Below are positions 50,201-64,000 of a stretch of 64,000 bases of DNA, piece after piece. A program made the translations under genes and the position numbers. Location: positions 41,106,001 through 41,170,000 of the forward strand of contig NC_043005.1 in assembly GCF_006345805.1 (NCBI RefSeq), given 5' to 3'. Each line of letters begins with the position of its first letter. Position 1 is the first letter of the stretch. This DNA comes from Octopus sinensis. Its lineage: Eukaryota. The notes beneath the pieces were generated by a model, which saw only the letters and a program-made list of their open reading frames with translations, ran no database searches and had not been told where the DNA came from.

Positions 50201-53200
50201 TACATACATATACACACATACATGCATACATACATACATACATACATACATACCTACATACATACATACATATATATATGTATGTGTATATACATACACA
50301 CAAACAGACATACACACATACATACATACTTACAGATATATATGCATGTATATATGTGTATATACATGCATATATATATATATGTATGTATGTATGCATA
50401 TACATATGCATATATATGTGCATGTACGTGTATATACACACACACATACATACATATGTATATATATGTGTCTGTGTATATATGTTTATATATCTATATG
50501 CATGAATGAATGTGTATACATGTGTGATGGCGTATCTTCGTTCTTTAGCAGATCCTATGAGTGCATATTTGTATAATTGTGACTGCATCTGTGCATTTGC
50601 ATTTGTGCTCGACTAAATTTATAAATAAATACATAAATGAATGATGGCTGAGTAAGAAGTTGTGATGGGAGAGAGTTAGATAGATGGATGGCATCACTGA
50701 GTAAAACAAAATTAAATGAAATGCAATGAGAACGACCTCCAGCCTTGAACAAGTTCTTGAATCTCTTGGGTTCACTCCATCTTCATGTAGTGTATGGAAA
50801 GTTCATATTAGTCTGGGTGAGTCTATTCCTTTGCAGATTATTGACTCTTGTAGCCAGATATCTCTATTATGTGGTGTGGAATGGTTTACACAATTTACGA
50901 AGAGCATGTTACTAATTTATGTTGCCAAGTCTAAAGAAAAATTTTGTAAACTTAATCTAAGGTGAACGATATCTTCTATATATTAACTGGAGGAAAATGT
51001 CTTGTTAACTTTAAAATATTTTTAAAGACATATGGATTTGCAGTGAATATCTTGTAACTATTTGTTGCTTTGAAGTGAATAAGTCTTGACAAATCAGTCT
51101 CATGTTGCGCAAGTAAAGTATAATTCTGTTTTGTGTTAGAAGCACATCAGCAAATAGATTTTGTACTATTTGTATACATACTCCTGGCTGGCTGTTGCAA
51201 TTCCTTTCAGAAGTGGAGGAGTACATGACACGAATGAGCAGAAATAGCTGTGAAATATTGGTATCAGTTGAGTGGTCTTGTTCACTTCTGCGGCGATTTT
51301 GTTTCACTTAGCTTTGATGTATAATGTGTTTTTTAACACTGCTCATCTTTAACCCCCTTTTTTTTTATTGCCCACAAGGGGCTGAACATAGAGGGGACAA
51401 ACAAGGACAGACAAAGGGATTAAGTCGATTACCTCGACCCCAGTGCATAAGTGGTACTTAATTTATCAACCCCGAAAGGATGAAAGGGAAAGTCGGCCTC
51501 GGCGGAATTTGAACTCAGAACGCAGCAGCAGATGAAATAACACAATGCATTTCACCTGGCTTGCTAACGTTCCTGCCAGCTTGCTGCCTTAGCATTCACA
51601 TTATTGTGCCCCAAAAAAGCTGAGTACATATATTCACATGTAAGTGTGTGTGCATGTGTGTGTGTGTGTGTGCATAAGTGTGTGATGACCATGTTCATAT
51701 ATATGTAAGTGTGTGTGCATGTTATATATATATATATATTTATATATATATAGACACACACAGACTCTCACACATTTTATATCTTTTATTATCTTTTACT
51801 TGCTTCAGTCATCCTGGGGCACTGCCTTAAAAAAGTTTCAGTCAAACGAATCTACTCACTAACTGTTTTTTTTTAAGCCTCGTACTTATACTCTTAGTTT
51901 CTTTTGCCAAATCATTAAATTATAGGGATGTAAACAAACCAACACCGGTTGTCAAAGGATAGTGGGGTACCAACACAGACACACACTCACAAGGGTGGGC
52001 TGAAAAGTTCATAGGTTATCCTTGTCACATTCTGTGTCCCATAGAATGAATCTCTCTGAGAATTACATTAAGGGTATGCTTGTCTCAGCCACTTGCCTGT
52101 TAGTTTCACAAGCAGGATGTTCTGTTGATCGGATCAACTGGAACACTTGTCATCCTAACTGATGGAGTGCCAGTTAATTATATACTCTTGATTCAGCTTA
52201 TAAATTTTCCATTCTAGTCAAGTACGTCCATGTCTTACATTCTACTCATAGGACAAACATACAAGTGTATTTTACTATAGCCTCAAGCTGACTTTGGTCA
52301 GCTTGAGGCTATAGTAAAAGCACTTGTCCAAGATACCATGCAATAAGACTAAATTTCCAACCACGTGGTTGGAAAACAAACTTCTTAACACACGACCATG
52401 CCTCTGCCTCTATATATATATGCTGTCGGGCCCCACTGCTGATATTGGGGGTTGCGTTCTATGCCTTGACCTGAGCAGAGAACGGGGCTTGCCTCTTTGG
52501 GCTAGGAAATAAATGGAATGCCTGGTGTGTGTCTTGTCGTGGCTACCCACTCCTTAAAAAATGTGGAATAGGCCTGGGTATATAATATATATATATATGT
52601 CAAGTATGTATATTTATATACATATAAGTATGATTTAATATTCGTATGTGTATATATCCTATATTTCTCTCCATCATTTGCTACAGTCAAGTCTATCCTG
52701 CCTCCACTCACCCAATCTCAGTTATTCTCACCATCCCCCAATTACCCTTCAAGTGTATATCCCAACAGATCTTCACCATCTCATCTCCCACTATATCTCT
52801 CTTTATCTTACTCTCTTTAACTTGTTTTGGCATGGTTTCTATGGCTGGATGCCCTTTCTAAAGCCAACCACTTTACAGGGTATTCTGGGTGTCTTTTAAC
52901 ATGGCACCAGCATCATTGCTTTATACATGGTACAGGCACAGGTGTTGTTTATGAGGCACCAGCACTGGTGCTTTTTACATAGTACCAGCACCGATAGGGT
53001 CACCAAGTACCTTGCAAAGTGAAGGAAAAAAGAAAAAATATGTATACTTATATACAAATACATACATACATAAAGACATATATATGCATTGACTCAAATA
53101 CATATGTATCGAAATATATAAATAAAATGTACATTAAAATATCATGATCATGATCATCATCTTTCAATGTCTGTTTCCCATGCTGATATGGGTCAAACAA

Positions 53201-53249
53201 AACAAGATATAATTTAAAGGGATAAAATATTAAAGAATTTCTGGCAAGG

Positions 53250-54300
53250 CTGAATTTGGTTCTGTTCAAGTGTAACCAAATGTACCAATAAGCATTTAAA
53301 AAACACCAATGTCTTGAGGGCATTTTCCTTTAACTTCTATACAGAGTATTAATTGTAATTTTACTTGTAATCTATCTTTTGCTTGATGTTTATATTCTGA
53401 ACTGAATTGGTTTTGGAGATATTCTAACTACTTGGAGAGACTGTGGATCTCCTGATGCATAGGTTTGTTTATTAACTGTTTGATTTTTGAAGAACAGTAA
53501 ATCTCAGTTCATCTTAATCCTCTACATTTTCTTCATAATTTTCTTGAGGAAAGATTTGTTTTTGTTTGGAAGAAATTGTTCCTTTTTATCTGCTTTTTTT
53601 GTTTTATATTGAGTCACTTTTCTTCTGATTTTTCTTCTTTCTTCCCTTTTGTAATTTCATCTGTAATTATTCCTTCTTCATCTCATGATGAGGGTGTGGT
53701 ACTGCAGGTTGGTACTGTTAGGTAACAAGTTCTTTTCTCATTTCTTTGTAATACTGGGCCTACTGATATTTCCTCTGCTGGTGTGGTGCTTTGGAAACAG
53801 GGATTGATAGGGCTTTGTCGTTACTCTTCATTGTTTCCATTTCCATGTAGCTCTCCAAGTTCTTCAGGGTATTCAGCTTTAAGGTGTGTTTTGTTCCGAC
53901 AAATGTATCTGTTAAGCTGTCTGCTTTGTATCATCAAACTCATGCCCTTGTTTCGGTACTTTCTACTAGGGACAGCTCCAGTATGGTTCTGTAGCCTCCA
54001 AGAATCATTATGAATTACAAGTCTATTTTAACGCTCCCTCATTGAGACCACTTTTCCATAAGCCTGCATCAATCACTCTCCCAAACTGTGACATGAAAGT
54101 CACTACTACTCATTTGTCTACACTATACCCAGTGTTTCTTATTGTGACTTTTGTAGTTTTTTGACCTATTCATTTGGGACATTTTCTTCAATTAATTATT
54201 CTCTAAACTGTTCGTTTTCTTCTTCCTCTTGTACATTTAGTTGTCTGTTTTGATTTTTGTGTTGTTTCTTTTAGCCAATGCAATGTTTTATCATATGACA
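53250..54300 (-). mobile_element. Highly decayed L1/Tx1-like ORF1 relic
   Basis: TKVTIRN...VVTFMSQFGRVI (RRM-like) and a degenerate zinc knuckle YICRNKTHLKAEYP, followed by a K/E-rich stretch. Many stops. Confidence 0.4.
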
Positions 54301-56882
54301 TCTTTGTGTATGACAGATGTCTTGCATGTGAAAATGTAACATGCGTAAATAAATTTTTAGATGATCGGGAAACGTCTTTTTCGCTTTTTTGCTTTTGTCT
54401 ATCTCAGGCATCAAAAGCAGTCCCTCCTTAGGAGATTATAACTTTTTTTTTTACAAGAACTCCAAAGAAAATTTCATTTGTTAATGCTTGAATAAAATAT
54501 GTTGTGCAGGGAGAATCGAAAAGATGCCTTCATCTTATGAAAGCCTAAGAAGAAGATGGTCATGATAATGAAGATGACGGGGGTGTTGTTGGCAGTGATG
54601 ATGATGACAATGATGAGGACAATGATGACAACAACAACAATAAAGACGACGACAATGATGAAGATGACTGATGAAAATGACAATGATGATGATGATGGCT
54701 TTTTTCTTTATTTACTACAAAAGAAATAAAGAAACTAAATGGTTTGATATATAGTTGTGAAATTAAGACTTGCCATGTGTGTATGTGTTTCAGATGTAAA
54801 GATATTAAGTAAATAAAGAAAACAAAAATAGTGTCCCTTCAAAAAGTACCTCTAAATTGGTCATAAACCTGAACAGCTTTCAACTCTGGACAGAAGGTTC
54901 CTCTTCCTATCTAACTAATTGGCAAAACTGCGGACAAGAACCATTGTCTCACATTTAGAATGATTCTCTCAATAAGTTACCATAAAAATCTAATTAAACA
55001 TATCTCATTATTGGTGTTAATTCTCTGATTCTAAATTTCTTTAGAGAAGAAAAGTCATAATTTCAATTCTTTTAACCTTTTCTATCCCACCTCCTCCACC
55101 ACCTCTTTTATTGCAATCAACTGCAAGAATAAATTGACTAACCAGCTTTTATAAGAACAATGAATTAGTTTCCTGCACTGGACAATACCATTTGTGATGG
55201 CAGTGGTGGACATTAAGCCCACTGGTATATGATAACATGAATTATAAATGGTTGTGATGAACCATTTCTTCAATTTCCTTGCTTCCCATTAATGTCTGGT
55301 TAATTACATCTAACAGCATGTATCGTCAATTTCAATCAAGCCATAGAACACTAGCAGACCTGCCAGGTGAAGTAGTTTTGGAAATTTTACTTACAACTTA
55401 TACCTCTAAAAATAGATGTGTAGTACTTCTTAACGACATGAGCACTTCGAGACTGCTATTGTTCAGATCTGTAAGTGTGTACATGTGTGTCTGTATGACT
55501 ATATAAATGTAATAATAAAGTCAGACCAAATATTGATATTTTGAATGCAAAATATCAATATTTGATTTGACTTTATTATAGTATTTCATACTAAGCCATT
55601 ACCAACTAACCGTTCCTTACTTCGATTACATGGATATTCTAATAAGGATTTGGAAGGGCTTGCTCTACTGGACCTGGAACAGAAAATTCATTCCTAAGCA
55701 TAACACAAAATCTATATACATATGATAGCAGCTTTGTAAAGCTTTCACTTGCTTCATGTTTACACCAATGTACACATACTCCCATGTATACAAGTATACA
55801 CACACACTTATTGTACCGAAGAGACAGCAGTGTTTGAGTTTATCAAATATGTAAGTGAATGTTCTTCCAACTTTATTGTTCAGCCAATATAGAAAGTATG
55901 CAGTATTTCGTTATGCAACCATAAAATAATATAAAGTATATTAAATGTTTTTAAATGTCAATACTATGTTCTACTGCATTAGCAGTGCCCTTTACATCAC
56001 TTGTTAAGGTTATCTCTACAGACATTCTATAGAAATTATAGCCAGTACTAATTTTTGTTATGACCTGTATTTCAGGTTCTTGGAATCCATCATCAGCCTA
56101 CATTGGAATCCACAAATGTAGTTCAAAGTTCAGTCAGTTGAAGCAAGGCATGCCTTAAAAACGATGACCATGATTACTTACCATCCAGAAATTACTCTGT
56201 AAAGTGGTTGGTGTTAGGAAGGGCATCCAGCCATAGAAACCAAACCAAATCAGACTGGAACCTGGTCCTGCTTGCCAGCTCTAGCCAAACCATCCAACCC
56301 ATGCCAGCATGGAAAATGAGCATTAAATGAAGATGATAATGATCTTCAATATTTCAGAATTTTGAAATAGATTCCTTCCTCACAAAAGTATGTCTGTAGT
56401 TGAATGTTGAAGAAGGCCAAAATTATTTGTAACAAAATTTGCCAAAGTTTGCTTTATAAGAAAAATTCTACTCAAGGTCACTAACCACAGAATCTTCCAG
56501 GTCTAAAAGAGAATATATCCTAACTTTAATGCTAAATCTGACATTAAATCCACGGGAATGTCTTTTGATTCATGATATATTGTTTGATTGAAAAAATGGC
56601 CAAGGAATATTGTTATTATTATTTTTTTTTTTTTGTGTGCAAAGGCTTCTAATATTCAACAATATTCCTTCTGTGGCTTTTGTTAAATCTCAACAGAACT
56701 AATTCAATGTATTTTTGAAATTACTCACAAGTTGTTCTACTTTTGTGTCAAGTATAAAGTATGTATTGAGTCCTGTTGTAAATATCATTAATGAAGATTA
56801 CATTTCATTTATTTTAACATTTCATGATTTCTAAAAAGTACAAATTCGCTCAATGATAGTTTACATGTCCAGCTTTTAGTAT

Positions 56883-57203
56883 GGGCATATTCCAAACTTT
56901 GGCATTAGAGAGAATTTTAATGCACGAACTGGTAGACAATGTCAGCTTCCAAATATACTAGCTTCAAAATCACGAGCAAAAACATTCTATTGTACCAGTC
57001 TGATATTTAGAGGTCCTCAATTGTTCACCTGCCTACCTAAAGAAATCAAAAATATAAAAGGGACCTCTACTGAAGAAGCATTAAAAAACACATTGGATAA
57101 ACTTCTAACGCTGATACTTGACCAGCCAATCATTCGAGGATACACTTAAGCAAGATCAGCTGCTACAAACTCAATCATAGTTCAACTTCCAGCCATTAAG
57201 TGA
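56883..57203 (+). mobile_element. CR1/L2-group LINE ORF2 C-terminal fragment
   Basis: IPNFGI...RTGRQC...SLIFRGPQLFTCLPKEIKNI...LDKLL...DQP...*ARSAATNSI. An 88-codon stop-free stretch without an ATG. Confidence 0.6.
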
Positions 57204-58020
57204 CGAGAAAACTGACAGAAAATAAATTAAGGTGGTGCTCCCACATGGCTGCAGCCCAACAACTGTGACCATTAAAAGAATAAAAGAAAAAAGTATGTGA
57301 TAAAATATTTAAGCTTAAAATTTCCGAAAAAAGACAACAAAACGAATGTATGTGTTACATCAATAAAAGAAGTATTCATGTTCTCATATGCATGCATCAT
57401 GCACACGTATCCATGCACCATGCATATGTATGCATGCACATACATTCAACCGCAGGCTGATGAATTATTTATGTTTATCAGAGTATATGGACAAAGATTA
57501 AAGGCATTGAATTCAGATGAATATTTAATGGGACACACAAACTATGTTTAAGCTATTAATTATGAGACATAAACGTTACCCATTTATTCAGTTTTATTCA
57601 ACCTCCACCAGATTTCAGTCATGTGTTAAGACAAATTCATTATGTTTTACATCCAGTTTTTGCAATACTACAATGGGAGGGCGATGATTTTTGCTCACGC
57701 CTTTATATTTACAACTCTATACATCACATATCCTACAACCAACCACCAAACTGTGAAATAGGAACATAATCTGTTATCAGTCAGGTGAATTGATCCATGG
57801 AAAATAGGAATGTTTGAATGCCTTACGATATGCTCAGCCAACCTGTACATTTCCTTCTCCCAACCACAGTGCTTCATTAATATTTGTATTTTAATGTAAC
57901 ATATTTATACAGGTAAACACAAAGAACATTGATTGTATGTCAACCCAGTACACTGATGCATCTTAACAGATTAGGATTAAATTGTAAGTTGACTAAAATT
58001 TTTTTGTTTTTTTTTGTTTT

Positions 58021-58316
58021 TCCGACCAGGCTATCAGATGTTGCTACACATCGCTGGTCACAATGCGCTTCTCATTGTTTTAGCCTTCAAATGATGCCAC
58101 CTCGCTGGCCAAGCGAGCAGGCCAACAGAAGAAAGAGTGAGAGAAAGTTGTGGTGAAAGAGTACAGCAGGGATCGCCACCGCCTCCTGCCAGAGCCTCGT
58201 GGAGCTTTTAGGTGTTTTCCCTCAATAAACACTCACAACGCCCGGTCTGGGAATTGAAACTGCGATCCTATGACCATGAGTCCACTGCCCTAACCACTGG
58301 GCCATTGCGCCTCCAC
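58021..58316 (-). mobile_element. tRNA-derived SINE, family D
   Basis: Reverse complement of 44573-44890. Confidence 0.82.
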
Positions 58317-58629
58317 AAGTTGACTAGAATTGTGTAAACAATTTCACTTGGAAGTTCAAATTGTAGTTCTTGAAGTACTAAATATGCAGTTAGGTTAATA
58401 TTGGTTTCAAATAATTTTCACACAAGGCCTACAGTTACAGGGAAGGGGTTAAGTTGATTACACAGACCCCAATGTTCAACTGGTACTTATTTTATGAACC
58501 CTGAAAGGATGAAAGGCAAAGCCGACCTTCGTGGAACTTGAATTCAACATAAGTATGAACAAAATGCTGCTAAACAGTTTCTCAGCATGCTAATGATTCT
58601 GCTAGCTTGCCTCCAGTTTTTTTTTTCTG

Positions 58630-59115
58630 CCTTTAACCCTCCAACGCGGAGTATAGGCCACTTATAATTGATTTCCATGTCGCATAGTTTTTTGCTTCTG
58701 TACTTATACTCTGTCATGAATGTCCCCCTTTCTCTAGTTTCTTTTGTGTTGATCTACACCACGAGCTCTTAGGCCTACCTTTCTTTCTATATCCATCCAG
58801 ATTCCACTGTAAAGCACTTTTCGCTACATTTGGTGTGTCTTTTCTAATTGTGCTACCAATCCACTTCCATTTTTTCTTAAATATTTGCTCCCTAATTGAA
58901 ACTTGATTTGTTCTTTGCCATAGCTCCATATTGTTATGTGTTCAGGCCATCTAATTTTAAGTATACTACGCAAGTATCTATTGATGAATGATTGTATTTG
59001 CTTATTTGACTTAACTGTTGTTCGCCATGTCTCAGCCCCATATAATAACACTGCTTTTACATTAGGGTTAAAAATTCTTATTTTGTTCTTTATTGAAATT
59101 ACACTTGCACTCCAT
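58630..59115 (-). mobile_element. RTE-1/BovB-like LINE C-terminal fragment
   Basis: LLYGAETWRTT...FINRYLRSILKIRWPEHI and ELWQRTNQ...KWKWIG...ALQWN..G.RKKGRPKSSW (frameshifted). Confidence 0.85.
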
Positions 59116-59688
59116 ACTTTTTTTTAACAGTTTAGGCAATATTAAATTTGGCACAATCATGTATGTTTGTCCTATGTGTAGAATGTGAGACATGGACATC
59201 CTTGACTAGAATGGAAAACTTATAAGCTGAATCAAGCGTATATAATTAATTGGCACTCTATCAGTTATGATGATAAGTTTTCCAGTTGATCCATCAAGAG
59301 AACAGCCTGCTTGTGAAACTAACGGGCAAGTGGCTGAGACAATGTAGTTTTCAGGGAGATTCGTCCTATGGGACCCAGAATGTGACAAGGATGGCCCTTT
59401 GAAATACAGGTACAATGCTTTTTTGCCAGCTGAGTGGACTGAAGTAATGTGAAATAAAAAGACTCAAAGTGGTGCTAGGAATTGAACATACAATTTTGTG
59501 ATAGTGAGCCAAATCCCCTAACCATTAAGCCATGTGTCTTCAGGAATAAATAACTCTAATGTATATCCACAAAAACCATAGAAAGATATAAAGATGTAAC
59601 CAAAGTCTAAATTGTTACAATATTATTAATGTATGTATATCTCACTCTCTCTCTCATGATATGTATATATTTATATAAATGTATGTAT

Positions 59689-59728
<40 letters not shown>

Positions 59729-59745
59729 ACACACTCAATCACTCA

Positions 59746-60288
59746 CAAGGGTGGGTCGAAAAGTTCATAGGCTGATTACAAAGGAGTGATGTTAGAGCTG
59801 TGAAATCTTATTAATAACTGCATTGTTTCTTTCCAGGTAAACTGACATCTGACTGTTCAAAGTAGACTTCAAAAGTAAACTACTAGCGATTCCTCTTGAA
59901 AATCAACAAAATTTGGCATTGTAATGTTATCAAGTACCTGCAGATAACAGGTTTAGCCACCAACGACATTCATGTTGACATGACTGCTTCATTAGGGTAT
60001 TACACTCCAGCTTTATCAATAGTGTTGCAAGCATGTGCAATTGAATTTATCAGGGTAAAACACTTGGCTAGCAACCAGTATTGCAGTGATGATAATATCA
60101 TATCTGCTGTTGATAACTTTTTTGACCAACAAAATGAAAGCATCTTCACCAATGGGATCCAAGCACTACAACACCAACAGAAAAAGTGTGTAGACTGTAA
60201 AGAGGACTATATTGAGAAATAAACCTTGTTTGGTTACATTTCATGAGAGTATCTTGGTCAGCCTATGAACTTTTCAGGCAAACCTCAC
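59746..60288 (+). mobile_element. Internally deleted mariner element retaining the transposase C-terminus
   Basis: TIRs AAGGGTGGGTCGAAAAGTTCATAGGCTGA and TCAGCCTATGAACTTTTCAGGCAAACCTC. ORF end SDDNIISAVDNFFDQQNESIFTNGIQALQHQQKKCVDCKEDYIEK resembles the mariner C-terminus. Confidence 0.8.
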
Positions 60289-60306
60289 TTGTGTGTGTGT
60301 GTGTGT

Positions 60307-60349
<43 letters not shown>

Positions 60350-60585
60350 AGAAAGATAGATAAATAGACAGACAAACAGACAGATACATAGATATATACA
60401 TACATATATGTCAGGTTGCTCTTGAGTGCTGCTGGTAATATGTAATGGAGTACAACCTGTTGCATGGTTGGGCCATCAGTGACTAAATCAGCAACATCAG
60501 CAAGCCTGCTTGGTGAATATGGTGGTTTCTGTACACCTTGTAGGGAGAATATATTCAGAAAGATCAATGGCCATCTAATTACATG

Positions 60586-60666
<81 letters not shown>

Positions 60667-61469
60667 TATATATATATATATATATATTTATGCACAAGGA
60701 CTTTGAAATTTGTGGTTTGGTACTTGTTTGTGGATTTAGCTTAACAGTGCAAGTTAGACTGTAAGTCCTGGTGAAGACAACTAACTGAAGAAATGGAGAA
60801 CTCAAATAGAAAATCCTGAGGTGTGTTCTGTGAGTTTGTGCCAAACATTAGCACCAACTTTCTGCTGTCAGCATTGCTCAAAATTGTGGTTGGTCATACA
60901 CAAGTCTCACCTCTTAAAACAAATCCTCTGTGTGGATAGTCTAACAGCTAAGTTGGTGGACCTTCCTACATTGGGATCGATGAGAGAATCAATTTAAGAT
61001 ATTCATAGAAGTTACCTCCCATGATCTGCACATTTATTTCGAAATTCTGTTCACTCTTGTGTAACCTAGTCTATTTTCATCCAAAACAGAGATGAATACT
61101 AATGCCACTTCCATATGGCCTACTTGAACAAGTGTCTTCTGCTATAGCCTCAAGCTGACCAAAACCTTGTGAATGAATTTGCTCGACAGAAGCTAGAAGA
61201 AGCTTGTTGTATATATGTATATATATATGTGTGTGTATGTGTATGTCATTGTGTCTGTGTTGTCCCCGCCCATTACTTGAAAACTGATGCTGGTGTGTTT
61301 ATGTCTTCATAAGTTGGTGGTTCAGCAAAAGTGATCGATAGAATAAGTACCAGGCTTTAACAGTTGAAATAGAAGAATACAAGTTCACAGTCATGTTCTT
61401 TTCTCTCATTATTGATGTGGTCATTATCTTATGCTGCATCCCTTCTCAGACAGCACAGGACTCTGTGTA

Positions 61470-61691
61470 TGAGGTGATGCTGAAAAGTTCTTGGCTTTAA
61501 GGGTATCATGAAAGGCCTGGTTGGAGACCCAACCTTCTGAGTTCTTTTACAGGATTTAGAAAAACTGAAGGACCACTGCAATAAGTGTGTGAATCTGAGA
61601 GGGGAATATGTTGAATAAAATCATAACTGACTGATCCTCCTGTATTTTCTCTTACCCAAAGCCAAGAACTTTTCAGCCCCCCCCCCCCCCG
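61470..61691. mobile_element. Mariner-derived MITE
   Basis: TA target duplication at 61468 and 61692. TIRs GCTGAAAAGTTCTTGGCTTT and AAAGCCAAGAACTTTTCAGC. About 220 bp, non-coding. Confidence 0.8.
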
Positions 61692-61817
61692 TAAACATAA
61701 TGTGATGAGCAATAATAGTTGAAACCTACATGATAAAATTTTCGCACAATGAACACATCAATTTCTACTAATATATATACAAACACACATTATATATACA
61801 TACACACACACACACAC

Positions 61818-61886
<69 letters not shown>

Positions 61887-62142
61887 CACATTGTAATAAG
61901 AAAATGAAATGACAATGGAATAAATGATTCTGTTATGAGCTTCATTAGCTTACATCTGTTTCTGCCAAAGGATGCTGTGGACTCATAGTAGGGTGCCTGA
62001 ATAATACTTTATAGCTTCATTGGAGCCTTGAATATGAAATGCTATTTATTTGGGAAAAGAATTACATTTTGTGCATATATATATAGAGAAAGGCATTACC
62101 ATTAAGAAAGTTAATACAAATGTGTGTCTGTGCACAAATGTG

Positions 62143-62223
<81 letters not shown>

Positions 62224-63204
62224 TTGTATTTTTGAATACAAGAATGAATCATCAGTGGGAAATGGTAGTTTAGGATTAAAACCAAAACATGTTACATGGT
62301 AAGAGTAAGCATACTGAAATGAAAGGAACAAGCAGATAGATACAGAGATAAGCTGACAGAAATTGTTTAAGGTAGATGTTAAATATGTTGTATTAGTATA
62401 TTGTGAAACATCTGTGATATTATGTTGTCTTGAATGGAGAACTTTACATACCTAATAATATTTTAGAAAAAAATAGTGTGTGAATTGAACAACATGACTT
62501 ACTACTGATTAAACTCTTTGAAATAGATAATACATGTCATAAACTTATCTGTGAATATAATACACTCTAGTGACAAAATTATGTGCAGTGTTTTTTGTCA
62601 ACAGCACACAGTGATATTTAAAAAAAAAACATGCAGCATTCGGCATCATAATGTGAAAAACCACAAACAGTATTCCAATGCCTCTTACAGAAAATCTTGC
62701 ATACTAAAGTGTGAGAGATATGTTTGACAGTCATAACAAAAAAAATATTGTAATGCATTGTAGCATGAGAGATACTTGCAACAATCCAAAATATCTGGTA
62801 CAGGAGAGCATTCATGAAATACAGCAACGTGAATAAAAACAAGAAAAATACATGCAATGCTGTAACAACATCTCACATGAGTGAGCATTCATTCAAAATA
62901 AAATTCAGCTGATTGGATTTTTTTTTTTTTTAAAAAAGGCATGTTTGACATTTCAATACCCAATATGACAACTTACCTGTTTTCATTTCTATTAAATATT
63001 TGGTGTTAATAGCAAGAGAAGAATTAGCAATGATAGTCCTTAAATGGGCATATAATAACATCATCAGGAAGAGAACTGACAAGATATTCTATTGTTGCAA
63101 TTACTAATACATTATACATGCACACACACACACATAACATATATATACGCCTACATACACATACAATCACACATTCAAATAAAAGAAAAACGCTATCACT
63201 ATAC

Positions 63205-63238
63205 AACAACAACAATAATATTAATAGTAATAATAATA

Positions 63239-63298
<60 letters not shown>
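63205..63298. repeat. (AAT)n microsatellite abutting the R4/Dong fragment
   Basis: Directly visible. Confidence 0.95.
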
Positions 63299-63299
<1 letters not shown>

Positions 63300-64000
63300 A
63301 CATATTCAGTAAGAATATCAGAATGAAATTTGTGACTAAAAAGTGTGGTGTGCTTATTATACAAAGAGGCAAAGTAGTATCGTCTGATGGTGTAGAGCTG
63401 CTCAATGGCAAGAAACTCAAGGATATTGAGACTAAGGAATATAAATATCTGGGGATTTTAGAATACGACAAAATCAAGGAAAGTGAAATGAAAGAAAGCT
63501 TTAGGCGAGAAATATCTCAGAAGAACCAAGTTAATTAGGGGAAGTAGACTCAATGGAAAAAACAAAATCAAGGCAATGAACACATGGGCTGTTTCCTTAA
63601 TGCGATATGGCACAGGTGTTGTTAGGTGGACAAAGAACAAGCTTGAGGAAATGGACAGGAAAACTAGAAAAGTGATGACAATCAACAAGGAACTACACCT
63701 CAAAAGTGATACTGACAGACTGTATGTACCTAGAAACAGGGTTGGAAGAGGTCTCATAGGATGCAAGATCTGTGTTGTCAATCAGAAGAACAGTCTGGGA
63801 TGGTACATCAAACAGCAAAGTGAGCCCTTGCTTGCTGCTGTTAGAATTAACAATATAATACCTACTAAAAAATGTGATGGGCCCACAAACATTTAAGAAA
63901 CAAGATGCTGTTGTGGCAGATAAAAGGAAAAAGGAAACCAGGATCATAAATATTGCAATACGTGGAGATGCACGCGTAAGTGACAAAGGAATAGTAAAGA
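63300..64000 (+). mobile_element. 5'-truncated, internally deleted R4/Dong-clade LINE fragment directly after (AAT)n
   Basis: NIRMKFVTKKCG...YKYLGILEYD...MNTWAVSLMRYGTG...SDTDRLYVPRNRVGRGLIG...SEPLL, then KQDAVVADKRKKETRIINIAIRGDARV (endonuclease region). Runs off the window end. Confidence 0.85.

Noticed and set aside
50640-51310. Complex sequence that might be LINE ORF2, and similarly 54800-55460
   Set aside because: Too degenerate to recognise a diagnostic motif with confidence; left unannotated.
55621-55675. Minus-strand micro-exon candidate (ttttctgttccAG ... GAA|GTAAGG)
   Set aside because: No frame resembles the expected dynein sequence; such splice-like pairs occur by chance in long introns.
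62975-63075. Minus-strand exon candidate ending ACAG|GTAAGT
   Set aside because: Good donor, but the translation (LFLMMLLYAHLRTIIANSS...) has no dynein similarity.

Overview
AT-rich, microsatellite-dense animal genomic DNA. The repeat families look cephalopod, probably Octopus (recognition by eye, not a database result). The only supportable host gene is an axonemal outer-arm dynein heavy chain (DNAH5/DNAH8 type) on the minus strand. Eight GT-AG exons (43258-43397, 41037-41204, 40556-40691, 28773-28912, 24793-24957, 22742-22936, 17588-17738, 2058-2169; 1207 nt, about 402 codons) splice in frame and encode the AAA6 region and the start of the C-terminal domain. The gene continues beyond both window ends. 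The rest is intron filled with tRNA-derived SINEs, Tc1/mariner (DD37D maT-like and mariner) relics and MITEs, a non-autonomous Helitron, RTE, CR1-group and R4/Dong LINE relics, and simple repeats. The most interesting signal is a set of minimal hammerhead ribozymes. Two copies with a compensatory U3:A8 core lie 362 nt apart in a tandem-plus-inverted Penelope-like repeat (3089-3904), one in the loop of a 168-bp hairpin. A third, with a canonical core, sits in a tRNA-headed element (35744-36164). All three are on the dynein pre-mRNA strand. Almost all ORFs in the supplied track are microsatellite or repeat artefacts.
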